This document shows positions 55,598 through 64,000 of a DNA stretch of 64,000 nt, in pieces (within the stretch, counting starts at the first letter, position 1; each line of letters opens with the position of its first letter). A program made the translations under genes and the position numbers. Location: NCBI GenBank assembly GCA_913047625.1, contig CAJWUJ010000005.1, forward strand, positions 6,239 to 70,238. The letters are read 5' to 3'. The notes below the pieces were generated by a model. It searched no databases and was not told where the DNA came from. It worked only from the letters and a program-made list of their open reading frames with translations. Source of the stretch: an uncultured Dehalococcoidia bacterium (GTDB lineage Bacteria > Chloroflexota > Dehalococcoidia > Lucifugimonadales > CAJWUJ01).

Positions 55598-56887
55598 TTA
55601 TGAGGAGGTTTGCGGTTCTTCATAAACTAACTTGGGTCCTAATATCAAGCAAATAATTGCAATTGACATCCCTATTGCTGCTATGGCGGCAGGAATAGTA
55701 TATGCACCTGTTGCGTCGTGCATGGTACCCATGAACAATGGTCCAGCTGCCATGCCTAATAACATACAACTTGTTAGTGATCCTGAAATAGCTCCGATAT
55801 GCCTGATACCAAAGGCTGAAGCAGCTGCAATAGGAACCAATGTGCTAAATGCAGTAGCGGCGATTCCCAGTGGAATCGGGCATAACAGAAATACCCATTT
55901 TGGTATGTCAAGTGCACTGACTGTTAAAAGTAGCAGGGGTGCTATAGTGGCACCTGCAGTTGAAAATGAGAGGATACGCTTGATGGGGATCTTGTCGCTA
56001 AGATATCCGTAGGTAAATTTGGTAATTGCAGCAAGAAGCCCTATGAGACTTAATAATGTGGCAGCTGTGGTTGTGGAAAATCCAAGATCGAGAACAAAAG
56101 GTTGCACTTGGGAAAATGTTCCGTTGGACGAGAATAAGGCAGTAAAAAACACAAATACCACTACCCAAAACTTTGATGTTCGTACTGCCTCGCTTAAAGA
56201 AATTCCTGGCAAAGCAGCATAAACTTCAGAACGCGTGACTTTCTTGGAACTGTCGATTGTGTTTGTGGTGATTCCATCTGGTTCTAATCCCAGCTGATAG
56301 GGGTCTGATTTAATTACCAATAGGGTTAACGGAATAAGAGTAGACCAAATCAGAATTGCAAAAATCAGCATGGTTGACTGCCAATCCATCGATTGGATGA
56401 GAAATTCTGCTATCGGGCTCATAACAAATCCGCCAGCACCCATTCCTGTGTAAGTTATTCCGATAGCTAATCCTCTTCGCTTTTGAAACCACCTTGATAT
56501 TATTGCGTTTATGCTGATTCCACTAGATGCTGCCAGACCTACCCCGGCTGTTATATATCCTAAGAAAAAATGCCAAGGTTCTGTGACTTGGCTAAAGGAA
56601 AAGACTGCTGTTCCGATGATTAAAGCGCCTGCAAACATGATTAATTTGCCACCGTAAACATCAATCAGTTTTCCGATTACAGGTCCTGTAATCGCCATAG
56701 CTAGAATTCCGGCCGAATAAGTTGCGCTAAAAAGCCCTCTTGACCAACCAAGATCTGTATGAATTGGCTCGTAAAAAACAAATATTGCGAATATAACGAC
56801 GCCGTAAGTAATGAAAAATGAAAACCAGCACGAAGCTACAATGTACCACCCATAAAAAAAACGATCGGGTTTTACAGGTTCACTCAT
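55598..56887 (-). CDS. MFS transporter
   Basis: 429 aa with 12 predicted TM helices and the GKLIDVYGGK loop motif. Confidence 0.85.
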   Translation of the reverse strand: MSEPVKPDRFFYGWYIVASCWFSFFITYGVVIFAIFVFYEPIHTDLGWSRGLFSATYSAGILAMAITGPVIGKLIDVYGGKLIMFAGALIIGTAVFSFSQVTEPWHFFLGYITAGVGLAASSGISINAIISRWFQKRRGLAIGITYTGMGAGGFVMSPIAEFLIQSMDWQSTMLIFAILIWSTLIPLTLLVIKSDPYQLGLEPDGITTNTIDSSKKVTRSEVYAALPGISLSEAVRTSKFWVVVFVFFTALFSSNGTFSQVQPFVLDLGFSTTTAATLLSLIGLLAAITKFTYGYLSDKIPIKRILSFSTAGATIAPLLLLTVSALDIPKWVFLLCPIPLGIAATAFSTLVPIAAASAFGIRHIGAISGSLTSCMLLGMAAGPLFMGTMHDATGAYTIPAAIAAIGMSIAIICLILGPKLVYEEPQTSS

Positions 56888-56945
56888 GAATGCTGAACCG
56901 TGAATACAATGTGGGAATTATCCATGCCTGATTAAATGTGATCGT

Positions 56946-57266
56946 TTAACGAAGTCCTCTCTCAGTTAGTTTTTCAATGGTAACTATTTCAAAGAATTCT
57001 ACAGTGTTCGACTCGGTAATTTCACGCACTTTGGCAGCATTGGTTCTCACAGATTCTGGTACATTCGAAAACCAGTTTGGTTCTATAACATCTTGAGTCC
57101 ATTCTGCGTACGCTACATCGGGATCCCCTGGTAGCCCTTGGCTTATATAAATAGTAGCTTTGTTACGACCGTTCTTTTCGTATGCTTCGCAAATAGTGGT
57201 TAGTAATGCGGCTGTATCCCATGCCTTGTTTGGTTTGGTTTTGAGTGTTCTTCGGATAAGGTACAT
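56946..57266 (-). CDS. hypothetical protein (106 aa), possibly a ferredoxin-like alpha+beta barrel (NIPSNAP/ABM-like)
   Basis: The N-terminal MYLIRRTLKTKPNKAW resembles the beta1-loop pattern of NIPSNAP-like proteins. This is a weak call. Confidence 0.35.
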   Translation of the reverse strand: MYLIRRTLKTKPNKAWDTAALLTTICEAYEKNGRNKATIYISQGLPGDPDVAYAEWTQDVIEPNWFSNVPESVRTNAAKVREITESNTVEFFEIVTIEKLTERGLR

Positions 57267-57437
57267 TCTGTCTCCTTAATTTAGGTGTAATAGAGCATAA
57301 ACGTTCTGATATTACCACTATATATCATTTTGTTGAGTCACAGTATAGCATTACACTATTCCGTGCGTTGTATCACCTGAGACTTGCATGCAATAATTTA
57401 TGGGGAACGAATACTTTGCTGAAGGTAGGACAATACT

Positions 57438-58094
57438 ATGGTTGTCGAGCATATTCAGATATCCCAAGAAGAGGTTGTGACTTCGGCATTATACAATGTG
57501 CCAAGCGTGGACTCCACGGCTATACTTGTGCTAGCGCACGGTTCAAGCGAGGGCATGCGTTCCGACCTCTTTGATGGTGTGTCAAATCACTTAGAACTCG
57601 CGGGGATATCAGTTTTCCGATTTAATTTTCCCTATATTGAAATGGAGAGACGAACGCCAGACCGCAGCGAAAAACTAGAATCGTGTTTTCAGGCAGCTTT
57701 GTCGTACGTTGAGAAAAGATCTGAGGAAAAAAAAATATTTATAGGAGGTAAATCACTGGGAGCAAGAATAGCCGTTAAACTTGCCTCAACATCTTACCGT
57801 CCTCATGGAGTAGTGTGTTTAGGGTATCCTTTTCATCCACCAGGAAAACCGGATCGGATCAATGGCGAAGTGATTCGAACGTTAAACGTGCCTACATTGT
57901 TTTTGCAAGGGGAAAAAGATCCGTTCGCTAAAATAAATCATATAAGGCCCCTTATAGAAGAATCCAGACAATTTTCTTTAATAGAAATCTCAGGTGGCGA
58001 TCATTCATTTAATGTCAAGAATCAATCGAATTCACTAGTGCATGCATTGCTGTCACGGCATGTTGAAACTTTTATAACTAAACTTTCGCGGTGA
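57438..58094 (+). CDS. alpha/beta hydrolase (KANL3/Tex30-type, dienelactone-hydrolase-like)
   Basis: 218 aa. Nucleophile elbow GGKSLGA, a C-terminal GGDHSF His motif, and LAHGS near the N-terminus. Confidence 0.7.
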   Translation: MVVEHIQISQEEVVTSALYNVPSVDSTAILVLAHGSSEGMRSDLFDGVSNHLELAGISVFRFNFPYIEMERRTPDRSEKLESCFQAALSYVEKRSEEKKIFIGGKSLGARIAVKLASTSYRPHGVVCLGYPFHPPGKPDRINGEVIRTLNVPTLFLQGEKDPFAKINHIRPLIEESRQFSLIEISGGDHSFNVKNQSNSLVHALLSRHVETFITKLSR

Positions 58095-58096
58095 TC

Positions 58097-59518
58097 TTAT
58101 ATATCAGGTAATAGGGTATGCCATGATGAGTGTTGTTGGAACAAATTGGCTAGTTGCATTACAGCTAAATCCTGAAAAGGAGCTCCAATAATTTGCAATC
58201 CAACAGGGAGGTTACTGGATGTGGTCCCACACGGGATTGAGATAGCTGGACAACCTCCGAGTGCCGCAAGGCCAGTAGGACCCCTTGTAAGTGTGTAACT
58301 GCTCAAAGCTTGTTTTTCTGTTGTAAGGTCTTCTAATGGAACGATCGTTGGGGCTGGTTGCAGTTGAGTAGGGCAAACAAGAAGTTGATAAGTGGTAAAA
58401 CATTCTTTGATTTGATCCAGCATTTCCTGTTTTATTTGAAGTAAATGCTGATAAACTCGTGACGGGATTAAATGAGCTGCCATCAACCTTCTCCGCATTA
58501 ACTTTCCGTAGGATTCGGGAGTTTGCTTCAGTGTATCGCTATGCACTGTCAATGCTTCACTTTCTGATATTGCGGCTACTACAGCCATCGCGTCTGTACT
58601 GGCTGGCAGCGAACATGGTTCGACAGTAAAACCTTCTTGTCTGAAAATATCTAACGAAGAGTAGATCGCAGTCCCAATTTCTTGGTCAATGTACGGTTCT
58701 TCCATCATTTCTGTAATAAGACCTATACGTTTAATTGTAGGTTTATCATCTACCGCGGAGAAGAAAGAAGGCAGTTTGGTGGAAACCGTTGACGGGTCCA
58801 ATGGATCATATCCAGTAATGCTATCCATGACTAACGCTACATCTTTAGCAGTTTTAGTAATCGGACCCGCGATATCAAAACTTGAAGAAATAGGAATACT
58901 TCCATGACGGCTTACTAGGCCCTGGGAAGGTCTAAGTCCTGTGGCTCCACAGTGTGATGCAGGAATTCTAACTGAGCCACCTGTATCCTCAGCTATGCTG
59001 AAAGCGCACAAGGATGCAGCAGTCGCAATACCGCTTCCGCTGCTTGAAAATCCTGGACTTCTGTTTGTGTCCCAAGGGTTTCTGGGTGTTCCGTAAGGAA
59101 AATAGTCCCCAGTTCCCATCCCGAATTCTGTCATGTTCAGTTTGCCTATGAGAATGGCCCCCGCACTATTCAAGCGTTCAATCACTGTGGCATTCGTATT
59201 GGGTGTATATGAGGAGAGAATTCTGGATCCTGCGGTTGTGCTAGCGTCACTAGTGAAGAATGCATCTTTTATTGCATAGGGTAGTCCGAATAGAGGTGGA
59301 TATCTATTACCTTGCAAAAGAGATCGTTCTAAATTGCGAGCAGTTTTTAAAGCAGAGTCAGGGATGGTGGTGATGAAGGCATTAAGGGTTGGATTTAATT
59401 GTTCTATTCTCTCTATATAGCTAGAAACTAGGTCTACTGGAGAAATTTGCTTCGTTTGAATCAGCGTTCTTAGTGTAGAAGCTGAAGATGTAAGGACTTC
59501 AGTCGGCAGTCGAACCAT
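58097..59518 (-). CDS. amidase-signature (GatA/AtzE-like) amidase
   Basis: 473 aa. Catalytic Lys in YAIKDAF, and the Ser-rich signature GFSSSGSGIATAA. Confidence 0.88.
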   Translation of the reverse strand: MVRLPTEVLTSSASTLRTLIQTKQISPVDLVSSYIERIEQLNPTLNAFITTIPDSALKTARNLERSLLQGNRYPPLFGLPYAIKDAFFTSDASTTAGSRILSSYTPNTNATVIERLNSAGAILIGKLNMTEFGMGTGDYFPYGTPRNPWDTNRSPGFSSSGSGIATAASLCAFSIAEDTGGSVRIPASHCGATGLRPSQGLVSRHGSIPISSSFDIAGPITKTAKDVALVMDSITGYDPLDPSTVSTKLPSFFSAVDDKPTIKRIGLITEMMEEPYIDQEIGTAIYSSLDIFRQEGFTVEPCSLPASTDAMAVVAAISESEALTVHSDTLKQTPESYGKLMRRRLMAAHLIPSRVYQHLLQIKQEMLDQIKECFTTYQLLVCPTQLQPAPTIVPLEDLTTEKQALSSYTLTRGPTGLAALGGCPAISIPCGTTSSNLPVGLQIIGAPFQDLAVMQLANLFQQHSSWHTLLPDI

Positions 59519-59693
59519 GCTGTGTTAGAACCTTTGCAATTAAATCTTTAGTGGCGTATTTGCTGGTCATATCTTGGATCAACTTAATGGATGTGTTTAA
59601 TCGTACACGAACTTCCACTAGATCCTCATCTGGAATATTAAGACCTATTGAGGATGCCAAACTCAGGATTTCTTTGTTGGTTATCTTTGGCAT
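59499..59693 (-). CDS. GatC-like small protein (AtzG-like amidase partner candidate)
   Basis: 64 aa counted from ATG 59693. ITNKEILSLASSIGLNIPDEDLVEVRVRLNTSIKLIQDM mirrors the GatC helix pattern. 20-nt overlap with the amidase start. Confidence 0.55.
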   Translation of the reverse strand: MPKITNKEILSLASSIGLNIPDEDLVEVRVRLNTSIKLIQDMTSKYATKDLIAKVLTQHGSTAD

Positions 59694-59729
59694 TATTCTT
59701 CCATTATGCAAGTAGCTGTATTGAATCGT

Positions 59730-61469
59730 TTACGCATTGGCGAGACTTCTGGATTGCTCGGTGGCATTGATGTCAATCGTGAGGTCTTCACGTATGACCA
59801 CTCCATAAGTGTCTTTTGCACGTTTCAGCGAGACTTTGCCTTCAATGACATCGGTTAGAACAGCCTCAGGATTACGCTCTATTGGGTTTCCCCAGCCACC
59901 ACCTCCTGGACACTCCAGTCGCCAACTGTCCCCTTGTTGTACAGGGATGATGACTTTGTTGGGTAGTTCTTCCGGGTTACTGTCTGGATTTAAAATCACC
60001 CGAGTCTTGGCTGATTCCTGTCCGCCATGGAGACCATACGGAGGATATTTGACTCGATCTGCTCTAATCTGTATTTGGGTGTCCGGTGACGTATTTCGGT
60101 ATTGGCGTACCATGCCTAAGCCACCTCTAGACTTTCCTGCTCCTTCAGTGTCTTGTAACAAAGCGTACTCTTCAACCATAATTGGTGTGTCAATTTCCAT
60201 GATTTCTGCAGGAATATTGCTTGAGTTATGGATGCATGGTTGTTGAGCATCTGCGCCATCTCGTTCTGCACTTCCTCCGGTAGCATTGGAGACAAGAGGA
60301 TCCATTTGGATCCACGCTTTCCAAGGACTGACTGTTTTATCATAGCCTGAAAACGCAGCAAAATATTCGTTCCCACCCCAACATGCCGGCATTTTTTGAG
60401 GTAGCATTAAACCAAAAGCACCAAAGACTGCCTGAGCTATTCTGTAAGCTCCTAATGCTCTAGCTGCTACTGGTGCAGGTAACAGAGGATTGGTAAATGT
60501 TCCTTCCGGAGATGTGACGGTAATGGGTCTAATATAGCCACCTGTATTTGGGATAGATGTGCCTAGTACAGATTTCACAACGGCATATGTCACTGACTGG
60601 GTAGTGCCAAAAACTGGTTGTATTGCCCCTTTGCATTGTGGGGATGTGCCATCAAAATCAATATAAAGTTGATCATCTTTCTTAGTTATGGTGGCTTGTA
60701 TCTTTATAGTCTCGTCGCTGATGCCGTCGTCATCTATATAATCACTAAACGTCCACGACCCCTCGGGTAATTCTCTGATAGCTGCTCGCGTTAGTTTTTC
60801 CGTATATTCAAGGAGATTATCTTGCGCTGCCAGCAGAGTTTCTGGGCCATGTCTTTCCGCGAGCTGTTGCCATTCGCGGGTTCCAATGTTGATGGCTGCG
60901 ACCTGTGCCATCAGATCACCAGTGACTTCATGAGGTATTCGGACAGCTTTCTCCAGTATTCTGAACATTGCGTCGTTGGGAACACCTCTGTCATATAGCT
61001 TGATGGGGGGAATACGTAACCCCTCCTGATAAATTTCCGTTGAGTCACAGGCGTTACCTCCTGCCACTCTGCCTCCTATATCACTATGGTGGGACATAGC
61101 ACAGGCAAAACCGAGCAATATGCCATTTTGAAAAACTGGTTTGAAGAGGAATATGTCGGGTAGATGGGTGCCACCTTCGTAGGGATCATTAATAATAAAG
61201 ATGTCCTCTGGATGAACTTGATTGTTATAGTGACTTAGGCACGCTTTTAAAGCAGGTCCCATGCATCCTAGATGTAAAGGAATACTGAACCCCTGTCCTA
61301 TGATTTCACCTTTTGCATCCAAAAGACCACAGGATAAGTCAAACCCCAGTCTTACGCAGGAAGAACGAGAAGTCCGAACCGCTATCAACATCATCGTGTC
61401 ACCTATGCCTGATAGGGCATGGTTGATTACCTCAAGGAGTATATTATCTGTGGATTTCGTGGCAGTCAT
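59730..61469 (-). CDS. hydantoinase B/oxoprolinase family protein (HyuB-4), no adjacent HyuA
   Basis: 579 aa. By eye it is roughly half identical to HyuB-2 over the full length (NDPYEGGTHLPDIFLFKPVF, GGGGWGNP). Confidence 0.88.
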   Translation of the reverse strand: MTATKSTDNILLEVINHALSGIGDTMMLIAVRTSRSSCVRLGFDLSCGLLDAKGEIIGQGFSIPLHLGCMGPALKACLSHYNNQVHPEDIFIINDPYEGGTHLPDIFLFKPVFQNGILLGFACAMSHHSDIGGRVAGGNACDSTEIYQEGLRIPPIKLYDRGVPNDAMFRILEKAVRIPHEVTGDLMAQVAAINIGTREWQQLAERHGPETLLAAQDNLLEYTEKLTRAAIRELPEGSWTFSDYIDDDGISDETIKIQATITKKDDQLYIDFDGTSPQCKGAIQPVFGTTQSVTYAVVKSVLGTSIPNTGGYIRPITVTSPEGTFTNPLLPAPVAARALGAYRIAQAVFGAFGLMLPQKMPACWGGNEYFAAFSGYDKTVSPWKAWIQMDPLVSNATGGSAERDGADAQQPCIHNSSNIPAEIMEIDTPIMVEEYALLQDTEGAGKSRGGLGMVRQYRNTSPDTQIQIRADRVKYPPYGLHGGQESAKTRVILNPDSNPEELPNKVIIPVQQGDSWRLECPGGGGWGNPIERNPEAVLTDVIEGKVSLKRAKDTYGVVIREDLTIDINATEQSRSLANA

Positions 61470-61658
61470 GCGAGTCAGAGTCCTATGGGAACTTCGGGAT
61501 CCTTAGTTTATGAACTTCTCAGCAAGATAACAGTCGTACTTTAACATTGTCAAATTAACAGTCTCTAATTTAATCTTGGCATTTAGTTATGGTATTTGAT
61601 TGACTTACGTTATACTGATTTTATGTGGTTCTGTTGAATCTTATCGAGGAGGTTACCT

Positions 61659-62132
61659 ATGAATTTAGAAAAGGCAACATTAGCAGCGGGATGTTTTTGG
61701 GGGATTGAGGAAACTTTCCGAAATACGCCTGGTGTTACGGAAACTCGAGTAGGTTATACCGGGGGCAGCTTGCAGGATCCCTCATATCATGATGTTTGTA
61801 GCGATACTACTGGTCATGCTGAAGTGGTGGAAGTTACATTTGATTCAGACAATATACAGTATTCCGATTTGCTTGATATCTTTTGGAAGTCTCACGATCC
61901 GACCACTTTGAACCGGCAAGGTTTCGATATCGGAACACAGTATCGATCTGCCATTTTTACACATACGGATGCTCAGGAAGCTGATGCAATTAAGTCTCGG
62001 GAGTCAGAGGAGGCACGGAATTATCAGCGAGGCCAAATAGTCACAGAAATTGCACAAGCATCAACTTTTTGGGAAGCTGAGGAATATCACCAAAAATACC
62101 TCCAGAAACGTGGCATTAGTCATCACTGTTAA
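61659..62132 (+). CDS. msrA: peptide-methionine (S)-S-oxide reductase
   Basis: GCFWG active-site motif, GYTGG, HAEVVEVTFD. GAGGAGG SD upstream. Confidence 0.93.
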   Translation: MNLEKATLAAGCFWGIEETFRNTPGVTETRVGYTGGSLQDPSYHDVCSDTTGHAEVVEVTFDSDNIQYSDLLDIFWKSHDPTTLNRQGFDIGTQYRSAIFTHTDAQEADAIKSRESEEARNYQRGQIVTEIAQASTFWEAEEYHQKYLQKRGISHHC

Positions 62133-62187
62133 GAGATTATCTTTATGTGTGTGACTACATGCAACGTGATTATCGGCAGTGATAAGC

Positions 62188-62865
62188 ATGTGCGGTAGAT
62201 TTACTCTCCACAGCTCTGTCCAGACGATTGCTAATCGATTTGGATTTACAGCTTTATCTGTAGGTTCTATTTCACCTCGTTATAATATTGCTCCGACGGA
62301 TAAGTGCCTGATTCTAACTTCCAATGACCAAGGTGTCGCATCTGAATTTATGGAGTGGGGATTTGTTGGTACTAGTGAAAATAAGAATAATACCTTTCGC
62401 ATAATTAATTCCAGAGCTGATAAATTGGTAAACATCCCCAGATTTCTTAGCTCTCTCCAAAGTCGTCGTTGTCTGGTTATTGCAGATGGTTTTTATGAAT
62501 GGGAACGGAATTCTTCTGCTGTAGGCCCCATGTATTATCAGTTGCAGGATAACTCCCCTTTTGCTTTCGCTGGTATATGGGCGCAGGGATTATCTCCTTC
62601 TGGCATCAAAGTAAAGAGATTTAGTATAATTACTACTGATGCGAATACATTGGTTGGGCAAGTGCATCATCGGATGCCAGTGATATTGTCTGAAGAGAGT
62701 GAAACAGCATGGTTAGACCAATCGAAGAGAAGCTCTCTGGCTTTATTGTCGATGTTGATACCATTTCCATCTGGTTCTATGCAAAGTTATAGAGTGTCCA
62801 GATATGTTAATCGATCTGGAAACGATGAAAAAACAGCCATAGAGCCTGTTGTTAATTTGCTATAA
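62188..62865 (+). CDS. SOS-response-associated peptidase (SRAP/YedK family)
   Basis: The family requires an N-terminal MCGRF with catalytic Cys2. I therefore moved the start to ATG 62188 from the tracked GTG 62179. HHRMPVIL motif present. Confidence 0.85.
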   Translation: MCGRFTLHSSVQTIANRFGFTALSVGSISPRYNIAPTDKCLILTSNDQGVASEFMEWGFVGTSENKNNTFRIINSRADKLVNIPRFLSSLQSRRCLVIADGFYEWERNSSAVGPMYYQLQDNSPFAFAGIWAQGLSPSGIKVKRFSIITTDANTLVGQVHHRMPVILSEESETAWLDQSKRSSLALLSMLIPFPSGSMQSYRVSRYVNRSGNDEKTAIEPVVNLL

Positions 62866-62900
62866 ATTTATAAGTGCCGAGATATAAAGAGAGGTAATAT

Positions 62901-64000
62901 ATGGAACAAATGCAGGATGTAGTACTGATAGAAGGAGCACGGACTCCTATAGGAAGATTTGGAGGTTCTCTGAAAGATATTTCAGCCTCACAATTGGGTT
63001 CAATCGTCATTAAAGAAGCGATAAGTCGTTCAGGAATCAGAGAGAGTGATGTGGAAGAAGTCGTTATGGGCAATTCTATTCAAGTTACTGAAGCAGGATA
63101 TGCTGCAAGAAAAGCTTCTCTTGGTGCAGGGATTCCAGAATCAGTTCCTACAATAGCAGTGAACAGGCAATGTTCCTCAGGATTGGAGGCTATTAACATT
63201 GCAGCACAAATGATCAAAGCGGGTGAGATAGATGTTGCAGTGGCGGGTGGATTAGAAAACATGAGCCAATCGCCCTTTTTGCTGGAGTATAAAGCGAGAT
63301 TCGATGGCTTAAGATTAGGTGATGCAAATATGAAGGATAGCCTTATCGAAGCACTGGGCTGTCCTATCAATTTGTATCACATGGGTGTTACCGCGGAAAA
63401 TGTAGCTGAGCGATTCGAAGTTACTCGGGAAGATCAGGATGAATTGGCACTAATCAGTCATACCAGAGCGGTACAAGCAACCAAGGCTGGTAAGTTTTTA
63501 AATCAAATAATTAATATTGATATCCCTCAGCGTAAAGGAGAACCCCTGGCATTTGTTTCAGATGAAGGGCCCCGAGAGGATACTACACTGGAGAGATTGT
63601 CATCTCTTAAGCCAGTCTTCAAAAAAGACGGTACTGTTACAGCAGGTAATGCATCTAGTATTAATGATGGAGCTGCAGCAGTAGTACTGATGTCACGGGA
63701 CAAAGCAAAAAGTCTGGGGATTACTCCCCAGTTTCGTTGGTATGCTCGAGGTGTATCTGGGGTGGAGCCAGCAATTATGGGTATTGGTCCGGTTCCTGCT
63801 GTTCGGAAGGCCTTACAAAAAGCTTCGATGGACATTAACGATATTGACTTGGTGGAGTTAAACGAGGCTTTCGCTGCTCAAGCACTCTACTGTATTCGGG
63901 AGCTTGACTTAGACATGGAAAAAACCAACGTAAACGGTAGTGGCATTAGCCTTGGCCATCCGGTTGGAGCTACTGGTGCTATTATGACCGTTAAGCTTAT
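62901..64000 (+). CDS. acetyl-CoA C-acyltransferase (thiolase), 3' end outside window
   Basis: This gene is absent from the ORF track because no stop lies in the window. My hand translation is open from ATG 62901 to the end. It shows GARTPIGRFGGSLKD, active-site NRQCSSGL, GNASSINDGAAAVVLM, NEAFAAQ and GISLGHPVGATG. Confidence 0.9.
   Translation, partial: MEQMQDVVLIEGARTPIGRFGGSLKDISASQLGSIVIKEAISRSGIRESDVEEVVMGNSIQVTEAGYAARKASLGAGIPESVPTIAVNRQCSSGLEAINIAAQMIKAGEIDVAVAGGLENMSQSPFLLEYKARFDGLRLGDANMKDSLIEALGCPINLYHMGVTAENVAERFEVTREDQDELALISHTRAVQATKAGKFLNQIINIDIPQRKGEPLAFVSDEGPREDTTLERLSSLKPVFKKDGTVTAGNASSINDGAAAVVLMSRDKAKSLGITPQFRWYARGVSGVEPAIMGIGPVPAVRKALQKASMDINDIDLVELNEAFAAQALYCIRELDLDMEKTNVNGSGISLGHPVGATGAIMTVKL

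Noticed and set aside
59809-60246. 145-aa plus-strand ORF
   Set aside because: It is an antisense shadow within HyuB-4.
62852-63835. Three minus-strand ORFs (62852-63073, 63080-63370, 63527-63835)
   Set aside because: They are antisense to the thiolase gene. The thiolase is missing from the ORF track only because it runs off the window end. The plus-strand translation shows the thiolase active-site motifs.
1-64000. Search for CRISPR arrays, rRNA, integrases, transposases, phage or toxin-antitoxin/defence modules
   Set aside because: I saw no spaced repeat arrays. No ORF shows recombinase, transposase (DDE/HUH), capsid/terminase or typical defence-nuclease motifs. The 15.8-kb compositional break is therefore not supported as a classical mobile island.

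Overview
Gene-dense, AT-rich bacterial chromosomal window with about 60 CDS and 3 tRNAs. I saw no rRNA, CRISPR array, transposase, integrase or phage genes. There are three blocks. (1) 1-15.6 kb is a nitrogen-assimilation supercluster: an atypical OmpR/GlnR-like regulator, GSII, GSI and GOGAT gltBD. It is followed by rsmG, small housekeeping genes, tRNA-Arg(CCT) and two probable F420-type enzymes. (2) At about 15.65-16.05 kb, an AT-rich spacer plus tRNA-Trp marks a codon-usage switch that is visible by eye. After it come TRAP permease genes without a binding protein, hflKC, an SDR, a 4-OT tautomerase, tRNA-Gln and an MFS transporter. The block ends with a complete 8-gene N-methylglutamate (methylamine) pathway in the order mgsABC-gmaS-mgd(soxDAGB-like). 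(3) 32.8-64 kb is a paralog-rich catabolic region. It holds 2 DSD1-type PLP aldolases, 2 further luciferase-like oxidoreductases, 2 HpcH aldolases, an enolase-superfamily enzyme, a dienelactone hydrolase and acetoacetate-CoA ligase. It also holds a Zn-ADH, an amidohydrolase, a SelA-fold PLP enzyme, a divergent ICL/PEP-mutase-family protein, an amidase with a GatC-like mini-partner, msrA, an SRAP peptidase and a 3'-truncated thiolase. The most unusual content is four hydantoinase-B (HyuB) paralogs against one hydantoinase-A (HyuA). This includes a HyuB-HpcH-HyuB-ICL-like operon and a HyuB-GatC-like-amidase operon that match no characterised pathway I know. The F420-type enzymes and paralog expansions suggest a marine Chloroflexota (SAR202-like) or actinobacterial origin; this is inference only. 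All product calls rest on motifs I recognise in the supplied translations, not on database searches.
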